Source of the DNA: an uncultured Trueperaceae bacterium
GTDB lineage: Bacteria > Deinococcota > Deinococci > Deinococcales > Trueperaceae
Length of the DNA stretch: 64,000 bases
Reading direction: 5' to 3'
NCBI GenBank assembly: GCA_963727505.1
Contig: CAVSGP010000004.1
Coordinates: 672,001-736,000, forward strand
This document shows, in pieces, positions 23,962 to 35,153 of the stretch (positions are counted from its first letter, which is position 1; each line of letters opens with the position of its first letter). The position numbers and the translations under genes are program-made. Below the pieces are notes generated by a model. It was not told the origin of the DNA and searched no databases. It worked only from the letters and a program-made list of their open reading frames with translations.

Positions 23962-26715
23962 ATGCAGAAGCGCCTCTCTCGACGCGCATCCGACGTGCGG
24001 CCCCCCGTGCTCGCATCGGTGGGGGGACCCGCGAGTGGTCCGGCGGCAGCGCAGGTCGCGCCGACCCGGGTCACCTTCACCGAGGCCAACCCCCATCGCC
24101 GCACCGTAACCACCGCGGCCGCCGCGACCCCCCGGCTCGCCCTGGCACTCGGGGCCCTGCTTGCGCTGGCGGTCGCTCCCGCCTTCGCGCAAGGTTCGGG
24201 GGCCGCGGCCGCCCCGTTCCAGGGAAGCTTGATCCAGGGCACGCCTACACCGAACGCCCCCGGCCCGAGCACGCCCGCCCAGAACACCCCCACACAGAAC
24301 ACCCCACAGAACACCCCCACGGTCACGCTGAGCGGCAACGTGCTGCACTCCGGTGGGACCGTGACCCTGGACGGCAGCGGCCTCGAGGCCGACACCGCCT
24401 ACACGGTGACGGTGACCGCGCCCGACGGCTCCAGCGACCAGGCCACGGCGCGCTCGGACGGCTCGGGCACGCTGCACTTCGACCGGGTCCTGCAGAAGCC
24501 CGGGAGTTGGACGCTGCGGTTGAAAGGGCCGGGCATCGACGCCCCCCTGTCGGTCGAGGTGTCGCAGCAGCCCGACAGCGGATCGGGCTCCGGTACGCCG
24601 CCTGGGCCCGCTGTGCCCACACCGCAGGCGCCCACACCGCAGGCGCCCACACCGCAGGCGCCCACGCCCCAGACACCCACACCCGGTACGGGCGCCCTCG
24701 GCCTCGCCATCGAGCAGGGAACGCTGGTCGCCAGCCGCGGCGGCCAGGAGGTCTGGCATCTCGACTTCGCCGCCGACAGCGGTCGTACGGCGGGCGTGTT
24801 GCAGACGAACGGAAAGGTCTACCTCGGGCACGGCAACAGCGTGCTCGTGCTCGATCCCGCCAGCGGCCAGGTGCAACAGCGCTTCGCCGTCCCGGCGCAG
24901 GTCGCCTCCCTGAGCGCGACCGGCACAGGGGTCTCGGTGACGGTCACCTACCAGGCCGGCGCCCAGCAGGAGCTCGAGCTCGCGCCGGGCGGCGTGAGCG
25001 GAACCGTCCGCTTCGACTCCGACCCCGCCATGTTCGCGTGGCTTCACAACGAAGCGGTCGTCGCCGACCCTGCCGCACGCCTCGACCGGGACCCCACGAA
25101 CCCCTGGCTGTACGTGGAAGTGGCCCAGCAGGCGAGCGAAACGCAGGCCGCCACCGACTACCAGCGGGCCCTGGCGCACGCCACCACCTTCTACGAGCGG
25201 GCGCAGTTGGCGCGCGTGTTCTACCGTGCCGGCCAGGTCGATCTGGCGAAGCAGGCGATGGATGCGGCCCTGCGCGACTACGTCGATCGGGGTTACACCG
25301 CCGAGCTGCTGACCGATCCGCAGCTGCGCGACGCGTACGGCTTCGCGTTGCCCGAGCTCACCGGTGCCGTCGAGCGGGGCGACTTGCAGACCGCCTCGTT
25401 CTGGGCGCCGTGGGTCTACCGCCTGAGCACGCCGGCCGTGCCGGCGACTCAGGCTGCGCTCCTCGAGTACAGCCGCGCCCTCCGGGCCGATGGTCAACGC
25501 AGCGAGGCGTCCTTGTGGCGCGCACGCGCGCACGAGGGGAACGGCTTCCGCCTCGGGCGCGCCCTGCGCCGCGCAGCCCTCGACGTGGGACATGCGGGCT
25601 GGTACGGCGTGGCCGCGCTGCTCGTGGCGATGGTCTTCTTGCACTTCACTCTGATCGCCAAGTACTGGAAGCCCCAGAGCCTGGCGCTCAAGCAACGTAA
25701 GGAGGGCGGTCGCAGCGCCGGCCGGGTCCCACGACTGTTCGCCATCCGCTACTACAGCTTCACGGAGAAGCTGGTACTGGTGCTGATGTTCGCGGCCGTG
25801 CTGGCGCTGGCCAGCCTCGCCGGGTGGGCCAACCGCGGCGACCGCCTACCCGCGTCCTGGCGTACCGGCACGCTGGCCGGCGTTCCCGCGCGCGATGCCA
25901 TGGCGACCGACCTGCAATCGGGAACCGTAGCGGACTTCGTCCGCGGGTACGGCGCCCAGGTCGCCGGAGACCGCGGAGCGGCCGCCGATGCCTACCGCTC
26001 GGCAGGCGACTACGCCCCGGCACTGAACAACCTGGGTGCATTGCAGGGCAGCGATGCGCTCTACCAGCAGGCGCTGGACGTGGCCCGCGACCTTCCCGAG
26101 TCGCTCTACAACCTGGGCCGCGCCACCGATCCTTCGCACCTGCACGCCGCCTATGCCGCCGACGCGCCGCTGCTGGCCGTGCCCGGTGAAACGGTGCTGC
26201 GGTCGGCCGTCGCCGGCCGCTTCCAGGACGCGCTCGGCGCCGCTTTCACCAACCCCTGGGCGGAGCTGACGGGCTTCAACCCGCTGGCGGTCCCGCTGTG
26301 GCTGTGGGACGCGTTCGTGGTGTTGTTCCTCGCGTGGGCGGCCGTCACCGTGATCTACCTGCTGGTGCCGAGACCGCGGCTGGCGCGCAACGCACCGCGC
26401 ACCGGGATCTACCACCTGCTGGCTCTGCTCATCCCCGGGAGCGGCCTGAGCGATGAGCTATGGGGCGTGTTGCTGCTGGTCCCGTGGGCCATCTTCGGGA
26501 TCGACACGCTGCTCCACTACTTCGCGCTGGGCGCCCCTGCCGGCATCCCGCTCGCCACGGACTACACGGTGCTGGCCGTGCTCTACGCCCTCAACATCGC
26601 CTCCTTCGTGGTGGAGCTCACCTCCTACCGCCGCCGCATGGCGGCCTTGCGTCGGTCCCATCCGGAAACGGCCCGCGCTTACGGCATGCGCGTGCCCGAC
26701 TCGCCTTCGGAGTGA
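23962..26715 (+). CDS. Large multi-domain membrane protein (signal peptide, Ig-like beta domain, Pro/Thr linkers, propeller-like segment, TPR-like helices, several TM segments)
   Basis: APAFAQ cleavage site, NTPTQ/APTPQ repeats, ALNNLG/SLYNLG TPR-like motifs and hydrophobic helices; ATG 6 nt after TAAGGT. Confidence 0.75.
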   Translation: MQKRLSRRASDVRPPVLASVGGPASGPAAAQVAPTRVTFTEANPHRRTVTTAAAATPRLALALGALLALAVAPAFAQGSGAAAAPFQGSLIQGTPTPNAPGPSTPAQNTPTQNTPQNTPTVTLSGNVLHSGGTVTLDGSGLEADTAYTVTVTAPDGSSDQATARSDGSGTLHFDRVLQKPGSWTLRLKGPGIDAPLSVEVSQQPDSGSGSGTPPGPAVPTPQAPTPQAPTPQAPTPQTPTPGTGALGLAIEQGTLVASRGGQEVWHLDFAADSGRTAGVLQTNGKVYLGHGNSVLVLDPASGQVQQRFAVPAQVASLSATGTGVSVTVTYQAGAQQELELAPGGVSGTVRFDSDPAMFAWLHNEAVVADPAARLDRDPTNPWLYVEVAQQASETQAATDYQRALAHATTFYERAQLARVFYRAGQVDLAKQAMDAALRDYVDRGYTAELLTDPQLRDAYGFALPELTGAVERGDLQTASFWAPWVYRLSTPAVPATQAALLEYSRALRADGQRSEASLWRARAHEGNGFRLGRALRRAALDVGHAGWYGVAALLVAMVFLHFTLIAKYWKPQSLALKQRKEGGRSAGRVPRLFAIRYYSFTEKLVLVLMFAAVLALASLAGWANRGDRLPASWRTGTLAGVPARDAMATDLQSGTVADFVRGYGAQVAGDRGAAADAYRSAGDYAPALNNLGALQGSDALYQQALDVARDLPESLYNLGRATDPSHLHAAYAADAPLLAVPGETVLRSAVAGRFQDALGAAFTNPWAELTGFNPLAVPLWLWDAFVVLFLAWAAVTVIYLLVPRPRLARNAPRTGIYHLLALLIPGSGLSDELWGVLLLVPWAIFGIDTLLHYFALGAPAGIPLATDYTVLAVLYALNIASFVVELTSYRRRMAALRRSHPETARAYGMRVPDSPSE
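24283..24685 (+). repeat. Coding pentapeptide repeats NTP(A/T)Q and (A/T)PTPQ
   Basis: CAGAACACCCC units near 24283-24320; CCCACACCGCAGGCG units near 24613-24685. Confidence 0.75.
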
Positions 26716-26719
26716 GAGC

Positions 26720-27742
26720 CTGAGCGCCGACGGCCCTCAGCCGCCGTCCGACGACGCAGCGGGTGCCGCTACGGGCTACCTCCTGGTCCTCGTCGCGGCG
26801 GTGCTCTGGGGGTTGCTCGGGGTGTTCGCCAAGGGCATCCTCGCCGATGGTCTGGGTCCCCTGGAGATCTCGTTCTGGCGCGCCACGCTGGCGGGCGGAG
26901 CCTTCCTGATCCACGGTCTGGCGCGCGGTCGCGTGCGGCTTGCGCGGCGCGCCGACCTGCTGCCTTTCGTGGGCTTCGCGCTGGTGGGGGTGACGCTGTT
27001 CTACGCCTCGCTGAACCTCTCGATCGCGGCCGGCGGAGTGAGTCTGGCCGTCATCCTGATGTACAGCGCGCCCGCCTTCGTGGTGGTGCTCGCCGCGCTG
27101 CTGCTGAGTGAGCGCCTCTCGGCCACCAAGGCGACGCTGGTGGCGCTGGCCACGCTGGGCGTGGTGCTGGTCGCGCGCGGCGGTGGGGCGGGGATCGACG
27201 TCAACGCCCGCTCGGTCGGCTGGGGTCTGGCCGCGGGGCTCTCCTACGCCAGCTACTACATCTTCGGCAAGTGGGTGCTGCAACGCTACGCCCCGGTCAC
27301 CATCTACGCCCTGGTCCTCCCGCTCGGCGCGCTGGGGCTGCTGCCCCTGGTCCACTTCCACGCCAAGCGGCCGGAGACCTGGCTGCTCCTGCTGGCGCTC
27401 GCGCTGGTGAGCACCTATCTGGCCTACCTCGCCTACTACACCGGCTTGAAGCGGGTGGAAGCCTCGCGGGCGGTGTTGGTGGCGACGGTGGAGCCGGTCG
27501 TGGCGGCAACGCTGGCCGCGCTGCTGTTCGGCGAGCGCTTCGGCCCCTGGGGCTTGGTGGGTGCCGGTCTGATCCTGCTGTCGGCCCTGCTATCGGCGCT
27601 GCCCGCCCTGCGCCGCCGCCCGCTGGAGCGCCGCGCTCTGGCGACCCGCATGCGCGACCGGAGCCGGAACGCGACCGCCCGCGAGGACGAACCCCGCGGC
27701 GACGCCGACGCGCGCTCCTCTGACGGTACCGGTCCACCTTGA
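26720..27742 (+). CDS. EamA/DMT family transporter (start uncertain)
   Basis: GYLLVLVAAVLWG, ILMYSAP and VEPVVAATLAALLFGE; about 10 TM helices. Confidence 0.85.
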   Translation: MSADGPQPPSDDAAGAATGYLLVLVAAVLWGLLGVFAKGILADGLGPLEISFWRATLAGGAFLIHGLARGRVRLARRADLLPFVGFALVGVTLFYASLNLSIAAGGVSLAVILMYSAPAFVVVLAALLLSERLSATKATLVALATLGVVLVARGGGAGIDVNARSVGWGLAAGLSYASYYIFGKWVLQRYAPVTIYALVLPLGALGLLPLVHFHAKRPETWLLLLALALVSTYLAYLAYYTGLKRVEASRAVLVATVEPVVAATLAALLFGERFGPWGLVGAGLILLSALLSALPALRRRPLERRALATRMRDRSRNATAREDEPRGDADARSSDGTGPP

Positions 27743-27767
27743 CCGTCTCCGGGCGCGATGCTAGAGT
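27739..27767 (+). promoter_or_regulatory. Sigma70-type promoter of the arg operon
   Basis: TTGACC-17 bp-TAGAGT with extended -10 TG. Confidence 0.75.
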
Positions 27768-27803
27768 TGCATCGTTATCGGTGGCGCTGCATAATGCTGC
27801 GCT
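27766..27803 (+). promoter_or_regulatory. Tandem ArgR operator (ARG boxes)
   Basis: TTGCATCGTTATC and CTGCATAATGCT with TGCAT cores 20 bp apart, at the predicted transcription start upstream of argG. Confidence 0.6.
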
Positions 27804-27819
27804 CCCGCGACGGAACCCA

Positions 27820-27858
27820 ATGCGCACCGCCCCGACCCACCCCCGCGCCCGACGCTGA
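27820..27858 (+). CDS. Putative Arg-rich leader peptide [12 protein letters not shown]
   Basis: 12-codon ORF in the argG leader with 4 Arg codons, 3 in the last 4 positions, followed by alternative hairpins. Confidence 0.55.
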   Translation: MRTAPTHPRARR

Positions 27859-27934
27859 GCCGCTCCCCGGAGCGGACCCGACGCGTGGCGGCCCCTGGGG
27901 GTCGGGTCCGGGTCGTGTTTTGCAGGAGGCACGT

Positions 27935-29173
<1,239 letters not shown>

Positions 29174-29204
29174 TGCGGGTGACCGCCCAGCCGGCGGCGG
29201 GGTC

Positions 29205-29699
29205 ATGGTGAGCGCGGTGGCAACACTCCCCCTCGCCTCCGGCTCGGTGCCCGCCCCCGGCAAAGCGCGGCTACGCTGGGCGGGGCTGCGGGACCTGGAA
29301 GCGCTGTGTACGCTGTTCGGAGCCGCCCGGCCCGAGGAGGCGATCGACGAGACCGAGATGGCGGCGTGGCTCGAGCACGGCGGCGCGATCGTGCTGGAAG
29401 CGGAGGGACGGACGCTCGCGGCGCTGCGCTGGCGCGAGGAGGGTGCGGGCTGGCGCGTGGACCCGGTCGCCAGCCTCCCCGAGGAACGTGGCATGGGGTA
29501 CGGACGCTGGTTGATGACGAAGGTCGAAGCGTACGCCATCCGCTCCAACATCCCGACCCTCACGGTCGAGTTGCCCTCGAGCGAGGCGTTGCCGTACTAC
29601 CGCCGGATGGGCTACCGAAGGCCCGATCCGGAGGGCGAGCCCAGCACGCTGGTCAAGCGCGTCGGCGGGACCTGGCAGGTCCAGGAGGGCGAGCGTTGA
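29205..29699 (+). CDS. GNAT family N-acetyltransferase
   Basis: [13 protein letters not shown] (motif A) and [10 protein letters not shown]. Confidence 0.8.
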   Translation: MVSAVATLPLASGSVPAPGKARLRWAGLRDLEALCTLFGAARPEEAIDETEMAAWLEHGGAIVLEAEGRTLAALRWREEGAGWRVDPVASLPEERGMGYGRWLMTKVEAYAIRSNIPTLTVELPSSEALPYYRRMGYRRPDPEGEPSTLVKRVGGTWQVQEGER

Positions 29700-31132
29700 G
29701 CAAGAACGAGGACCAGTCCCGTCCCGACGCCGCGGCAGGCGGCGTCGGGCGCATGTGGGGCGGCCGCTTCCGCGAACCGACCGATGACCTCGTGCAACGG
29801 GTGAACGCTTCGGTCGGCGTCGACCGCGCCCTGGCGGAGGAGGACATCGCGGGCTCGCTCGCGCACGCCGCCATGCTGGCACAGCAGGGCATCCTGGACG
29901 CGGTCGACGCCGACGCCATCCGTGGGGGCCTCGAGGCCATCGCCGAAGAGATCCGCGCCGGCACCTTCGTCTGGCGCGAGGACCTCGAGGACGTCCACAT
30001 GAACGTCGAGCGCGCGCTGACCGAGCGCATCGGACCGGCCGGCGGACGCCTGCACACCGCGCGCAGCCGCAACGACCAGGTCGCCACCGACTTCCGGCTC
30101 TACCTGCGCCGCCGCCAACGGGCCCTGGAGGCGCTGCTCCACGCCCTGCGCGCCGCCCTGGCGGACCTGGCCGAGCGCCACATCGACGTGATCATGCCCG
30201 GCTACACCCATCTGCAGGTGGCGCAGCCGGTCCGGCTGGCGCATCACCTGCTGGCCTACGCCGAGATGTTCGGCCGCGACCAGGGCCGCCTGCACGACGC
30301 CCGCGAGCGCATGAACGAGAGTCCGCTGGGTGCCGGTGCGCTGGCCGGCACCGGCTTCCCCATCGACCGCGAGCGCACGGCACGCGAGCTGGGCTTCGCC
30401 GCGCCCAGTCCGAACTCGCTCGACGCCGTCTCCGACCGCGACTTCGCGCTGGAGACGCTCTCGGCGCTGGCCGTCCTGATGATGCATCTGTCGCGCCTGA
30501 GCGAGGAGCTGATCCTGTGGTCGAGCCACGAGTTCGGCTTCGTGACGCTCCCGGACAGCCACACCACCGGCAGCTCGATCATGCCGCAGAAGAAGAATCC
30601 GGACGTCTGCGAGCTGGTGCGCGGCAAGACCGGGCGGGTCTACGGCGCGCTGATGGGACTGCTCACGGTGATGAAGGGGCTGCCGCTGGCCTACAACAAG
30701 GACATGCAAGAGGACAAGGAGGGCGTGATCGACGCCGCCGACACAGCCGAGGACGCGCTACGCCTATACCTCGACATGCTCCCGCGCGTCACGTTCCACG
30801 CCGAGCGCATGCGTGCCGCCGCGGCTCAGGCCTTCAGCAACGCCACCGATCTCGCGGACTACCTGGTGCGCAAGGGTCTTCCCTTCCGGGAAGCACACCA
30901 CGTGGTCGGTGAGCTGGTCCGCCAGGCGCTGGACGCCGGCGTCACGCTCGAGGCCTTGCCGCTCGAGACGCTGCAGGCTGCGAGCGCTCGCATCACTCCG
31001 GACGTGTACCCCGCCCTGGCGCTCGAGAACGTCGTGGACGCACGCCGGAGCTATGGAGGGACGGCGCGCACGGAAGTCGAACGTCAGATCGCGCGCCTGC
31101 GCCAGGCGCTGGGCGAGGAGCAGGGAGCGTGA
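29696..31132 (+). CDS. argH: Argininosuccinate lyase
   Basis: [24 protein letters not shown] and [15 protein letters not shown] overlaps the upstream stop. Confidence 0.96.
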   Translation: MSKNEDQSRPDAAAGGVGRMWGGRFREPTDDLVQRVNASVGVDRALAEEDIAGSLAHAAMLAQQGILDAVDADAIRGGLEAIAEEIRAGTFVWREDLEDVHMNVERALTERIGPAGGRLHTARSRNDQVATDFRLYLRRRQRALEALLHALRAALADLAERHIDVIMPGYTHLQVAQPVRLAHHLLAYAEMFGRDQGRLHDARERMNESPLGAGALAGTGFPIDRERTARELGFAAPSPNSLDAVSDRDFALETLSALAVLMMHLSRLSEELILWSSHEFGFVTLPDSHTTGSSIMPQKKNPDVCELVRGKTGRVYGALMGLLTVMKGLPLAYNKDMQEDKEGVIDAADTAEDALRLYLDMLPRVTFHAERMRAAAAQAFSNATDLADYLVRKGLPFREAHHVVGELVRQALDAGVTLEALPLETLQAASARITPDVYPALALENVVDARRSYGGTARTEVERQIARLRQALGEEQGA

Positions 31133-31704
31133 GCGTGAAGCCACACGCCGACCAGGTGGAGCCCACCGCCCTGACGGTACGCCACGCCACCTCCGAGGAC
31201 GTGCCGCTCATCTTCGAGAACATCCGCCACTGGGCGGGCGAGGGCCGCATGCTGGTTCGCCCCATGCAGAACATCTTCGAGAACCTGCGCGACTTCTTCG
31301 TGGCCGAGATCGACGAGGGCGATGGGCCGACGTTCGCCGGCAACGGGGCCATCCACATCCTGTGGGGCGACATCGCGGAGGTCCGTGGCCTCGCCGTGGC
31401 GCCCGGAGTGCGCTCACGCGGCGTCGGTCGGCGCCTGGTCGAGGCGTGCGAGGCGGAGGCCCGGCGTGTGGGCATCCCGGTGCTGTTCGCCTGGACCTAC
31501 GAGGTGCGCTTCTTCGAGCGCTGCGGTTTCGACCTCATCGACAAGAGTCGCGACCTGCACCCCCGGGTCTGGTCGGAGTGCCTGCGCTGTCCGCTCTTCG
31601 AGGGATGCGACGAGAACGGTGTGCTCAAGCGGCTCGACGGCGTGCCGATGCCGCGCAATCTGCCCGAGCCGCCGCCGGCGAACGTGCCCCCCGGCATTCG
31701 CTGA
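31129..31704 (+). CDS. Short GNAT amino-acid N-acetyltransferase (ArgA-like)
   Basis: [18 protein letters not shown]...RGVGRRLV and [16 protein letters not shown]; coupled to argH. Confidence 0.8.
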   Translation: MSVKPHADQVEPTALTVRHATSEDVPLIFENIRHWAGEGRMLVRPMQNIFENLRDFFVAEIDEGDGPTFAGNGAIHILWGDIAEVRGLAVAPGVRSRGVGRRLVEACEAEARRVGIPVLFAWTYEVRFFERCGFDLIDKSRDLHPRVWSECLRCPLFEGCDENGVLKRLDGVPMPRNLPEPPPANVPPGIR

Positions 31705-31782
31705 CGCCGCCGGCGCAGCCCAACGCCAAACGGGCACACGCCAACGGCGCGCCCGGACCGCTGCAGACCGTACAATCCCGAC

Positions 31783-32799
31783 GTGAGACGTGAACGGCAC
31801 GTGGCCCTCATCCACACCGGCGGGACGCTCGGCATGCGTCGGGGCCCGCGCGGCTTCGAGCCCGCGCCGGGTCACCTCGCAGCGCTGCTGGCGCGCATGC
31901 CGGAGTTGGACGACCCCGGACTCCCGAGCTTCGAGCTCGTCGAGTTCGAGCCGCTCCTCGATTCCGCCGATATGGAGCCGAAGGACTGGGAGCGCATCGC
32001 GCGCGCCGTGCACGAGCGCTACGCGGCGTTCGACGGGTTCGTGGTGCTGCACGGAACCGACACCATGGCCTACACGGCCTCGGCGCTCTCGTTCCTGCTC
32101 GACGGCCTGGCCAGACCGGTGGTCCTCACCGGCGCCCAGATCCCGCTCGCCGAGGCGCGCAGCGACGCCCGGGAGAACCTCGTCACCTCGCTTCTGCTGG
32201 CGGCCCGCGACGATCTGGCCGAGGTCTGCCTCTACCTGAACGGCGTCATCCTTCGCGGCAACCGCAGCACCAAGGTCTCCGCCAGCGGCTTCGACGCCTT
32301 CACGTCCCCCAACGAACCTCCCCTCGGGACCGCCGGCGTGACGCTGGAGCTCCGGCGCGAGGGCCTGCGGCCTCCCCAGGCCGGGCCACTCACGGTGACT
32401 CGCCTCGGAGAGGTGCCGGTCGCCGCGTTGCGCCTGTTCCCAGGGATGCGGTCCGACCTGCTGCGCACGCTGCTGGCGGCCCCCGTGGCGGGACTGGTGC
32501 TCGAGACCTACGGCTCGGGGAACGCGCCGCAACGCGACGAGGCGTTGTTCGAGGTGCTCGGCAACGCCACCGCGCAGGGAACCGTCATCGTCAACTGCAC
32601 CCAGTGCCTGCGCGGGCGCGTCGACATGGGCGGTTACGTGGGCGGCGACCGCCTGCGCGAGGCAGGGGTCATCAGCGGCTTCGACATGACCGCCGAGGCC
32701 GCCCTGACCAAGCTCATCTGGCTGCTCAGCCTCGGGCTCGACGGGACCGAGGTGAAGCGTCGCATGCAATCGGACCTCCGCGGGGAGCTCACGGTCTGA
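31783..32799 (+). CDS. ansA: Type I L-asparaginase
   Basis: TGGTLGM, HGTDTMAYTAS, RGNRSTK and DMTAEAALTKL. Confidence 0.93.
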   Translation: MRRERHVALIHTGGTLGMRRGPRGFEPAPGHLAALLARMPELDDPGLPSFELVEFEPLLDSADMEPKDWERIARAVHERYAAFDGFVVLHGTDTMAYTASALSFLLDGLARPVVLTGAQIPLAEARSDARENLVTSLLLAARDDLAEVCLYLNGVILRGNRSTKVSASGFDAFTSPNEPPLGTAGVTLELRREGLRPPQAGPLTVTRLGEVPVAALRLFPGMRSDLLRTLLAAPVAGLVLETYGSGNAPQRDEALFEVLGNATAQGTVIVNCTQCLRGRVDMGGYVGGDRLREAGVISGFDMTAEAALTKLIWLLSLGLDGTEVKRRMQSDLRGELTV

Positions 32800-32837
32800 G
32801 CTGCGCGACCGCCCGCGACCGGCTGTATGCTTGCGCC

Positions 32838-33155
32838 ATGGAAACCGTCACGCTCGCCCGGAAACGCGCCTTCGGCGACGCCATGAAGAAGGTGCCGCTG
32901 TTCGACAGCGAGCGCCTGCTGTTCGACCTGTACTGCCTGCAACCCGGGCAGAGCCAGAGGGTCCACAGCCACCAGGACGCCGACAAGGTGTACGTGGTGC
33001 TGGAGGGCGAAGCGCTCTTCGAGCTGGACGACGAGCAGGAGTTGCTCCCCGAGGGTACCGCCGTCATCGCCCGCGCAGGCGCGGCGCACGGGGTGCGCAA
33101 CGATTCCACCAGTAGCGTCGTGCTTCTGGTGGCGATGGCCCCTCGGCCGGCATGA
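32838..33155 (+). CDS. Cupin domain protein
   Basis: PGQSQRVHSH...YVVLEG...HGVRN; ATG 6 nt after TATGCT. Confidence 0.85.
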   Translation: METVTLARKRAFGDAMKKVPLFDSERLLFDLYCLQPGQSQRVHSHQDADKVYVVLEGEALFELDDEQELLPEGTAVIARAGAAHGVRNDSTSSVVLLVAMAPRPA

Positions 33156-33583
33156 ACGCCACAACCCGACTGCCCGAGCCGCTCGGCGACCTCGCGCTCG
33201 ACCACGTGGCGATCGCGGTCGAAGCGCTGGACGAGGCGACCGACGCCTACCTCGCCCTCGGCATGGACCCGGCGGGCGACGACGAGACGATCGCCGAGCA
33301 GGGCGTGCGCGTGCGACCCCTGAAGCTGGGCGACACCCTGGTGGAGCTGATGGAGCCGATCGCCCCCGACGGCCCGGTGGGCCGCTTCCTGGCCAAGCGG
33401 GGCCCGGGGTTGCACCACATCGCGCTCCGGGTGCCGGCGCTCGAGCCGCTCCTGGCACGCCTCCGCAGCCTCGACGCCCCCCTCCTCGACGATCGTCCCC
33501 GCGAGGGCCGCGCGGGGACGCGCATCGCCTTCGTGCACCCACGCTTCACCCACGGCGTGTTGATCGAGCTGGTCGAGGCGTGA
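33152..33583 (+). CDS. mce: Methylmalonyl-CoA epimerase (VOC family)
   Basis: DHVAIAV, EQGV, FLAKRGPGLHHIA and FVHP...GVLIEL. Confidence 0.88.
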   Translation: MNATTRLPEPLGDLALDHVAIAVEALDEATDAYLALGMDPAGDDETIAEQGVRVRPLKLGDTLVELMEPIAPDGPVGRFLAKRGPGLHHIALRVPALEPLLARLRSLDAPLLDDRPREGRAGTRIAFVHPRFTHGVLIELVEA

Positions 33584-33660
33584 AGGCGGGCCGTGCCCGC
33601 ACGCCCGCCCTGTGGCGTATCCCCGACGGCGCGCCCGACACCGACGGATAGAATGGCGCC

Positions 33661-33717
33661 GTGACGCAAGCGACCTGCCCCAACGCGAACCCGGTCGAGG
33701 CGGCGTCGGCACCGTGA
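33661..33717 (+). CDS. Putative leaderless micro-ORF MTQATCPNANPVEAASAP coupled to proC
   Basis: TAGAAT, 6 nt, GTG at 33661; its TGA overlaps the proC GTG (GTGA 33714-33717). Confidence 0.45.
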   Translation: MTQATCPNANPVEAASAP

Positions 33718-34508
33718 GCGCCATCCGACTCGCCATCGTGGGTGCCGGCAAGATGGGTGGCGCCGTGCTGCAGGGAGCCCTGCGGGCGGAAGTGCTGTCC
33801 GCCGACGAGATCGGCATCTACCACCCCAACCCGCGACGTCTGGCCGAACTGTCCGAGCGCCACGGTGTGGCCGCGCTGGACGACGACGCTCTGCACCACG
33901 CCGAGCGCGTGCTGCTCTCGGTGAAGCCGCAGTCGTTCGACAGCGTGGCGCCGCTGGTCGCCCAGCGCAACGCCTCCTTCCTGTCGATCATGGCGGGCGT
34001 CACCGCCCGCACCATCGCCCGGCGCGTGGGCTCGCAGCGCGTCATCCGCGCGATGCCCAATCTGGGAGCCAGCCTCGGCGTGAGCGCCACGGCGCTGGCG
34101 CCCCTGCCCGAGGCCAGCGCCGAGGACCTGGCGATGGCGCGCACCCTGTTCGGAGCGGTCGGCCGCGTGTACGACGTCCGCGAGGAGCTCTTCGACGCGT
34201 TCACCGGCCTCGCCGGCTCGGGTCCGGCGTTCGTGGCCGTGGTCGCCGAAGCGCTCGCCGACGGTGGGGTGCGCTCCGGCCTCGACCGCGACACCTCGCG
34301 AGACCTGGCGCGGCAGGTGCTGCTGGCGGCGGCCCGCCTGCTGGAGACCAAGCGCCCCAGCGAGCTCAAGGACGAAGTGGCCAGCGCTGGCGGCACCGCC
34401 ATCGCAGGCGTGCGGGCGCTCGAGCGCCACCGGCTGCGCTTCGCCCTCATCGACGCCGTCGAACAGGCCGCGGAGCGCGCCTCGGCCCTGAGCCGCGAGG
34501 ACGGCTGA
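33714..34508 (+). CDS. proC: Pyrroline-5-carboxylate reductase
   Basis: IVGAGKMG, VKPQ, RAMPN, GLAGSGPAF and VASAGGT. Confidence 0.93.
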   Translation: MSAIRLAIVGAGKMGGAVLQGALRAEVLSADEIGIYHPNPRRLAELSERHGVAALDDDALHHAERVLLSVKPQSFDSVAPLVAQRNASFLSIMAGVTARTIARRVGSQRVIRAMPNLGASLGVSATALAPLPEASAEDLAMARTLFGAVGRVYDVREELFDAFTGLAGSGPAFVAVVAEALADGGVRSGLDRDTSRDLARQVLLAAARLLETKRPSELKDEVASAGGTAIAGVRALERHRLRFALIDAVEQAAERASALSREDG

Positions 34509-35146
34509 TGGCGGGGATGCTCGGGCGCGTCCGCCACGGGCGCACCGCCCGCGGCCATGACGACGCCCGCCGTCGCTCCACGGCCGTCCGGGCCCTGGCG
34601 GTCGCCTGGCTGGCACTGCTCACCGCCGGTCTCGCGGCCGCGCCACCGGACTACTACCCGGCCCGTGCCGGCCTGAGCTGGACCTATTCCAGCGGCGAGA
34701 CGCAGCAGCTCGCCGGGCCGCGGCAGGTCGACGGCCACCAGGTGATGGTCCTGACGCACTACTTCAACGGCGTGCCGGTCTCCGAGGACTACATGCAGTT
34801 CGGACCGGACGGCGTCCACACGCTCGGCACGGCAGCCGGCGGCAAGGTGACGATCTACCCCACTCCTTTGACGGTCTACCCCGCCGGTCCTCTGCAACCG
34901 GGCATGCAATGGCAGAGCACCACCAAGCTGCCCGCGTTCGACATCACCCTTTCGTCCGAGGTCATCGGCGTGCGGGGCGTGAAGACGCAGGCCGGGCGCT
35001 TCAACGCCCTGCAGATCCGACAGCGCACCCTCACCAGCAACGGCGCCAAGACGATCATGGACCTGTTCTTCGTGCCCAGCGTTGGCATCGTCCGCTTCGT
35101 GACGCAGGACGGCACGACCATCGATCTGATCGACAAGAACTTCTGA
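34508..35146 (+). CDS. Secreted beta-rich hypothetical protein
   Basis: Signal-like hydrophobic segment; YYP...WTY, VKTQAGRFNAL and FFVPSVGIVR pattern. Confidence 0.7.
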   Translation: MAGMLGRVRHGRTARGHDDARRRSTAVRALAVAWLALLTAGLAAAPPDYYPARAGLSWTYSSGETQQLAGPRQVDGHQVMVLTHYFNGVPVSEDYMQFGPDGVHTLGTAAGGKVTIYPTPLTVYPAGPLQPGMQWQSTTKLPAFDITLSSEVIGVRGVKTQAGRFNALQIRQRTLTSNGAKTIMDLFFVPSVGIVRFVTQDGTTIDLIDKNF

Positions 35147-35153
35147 CGACGGT

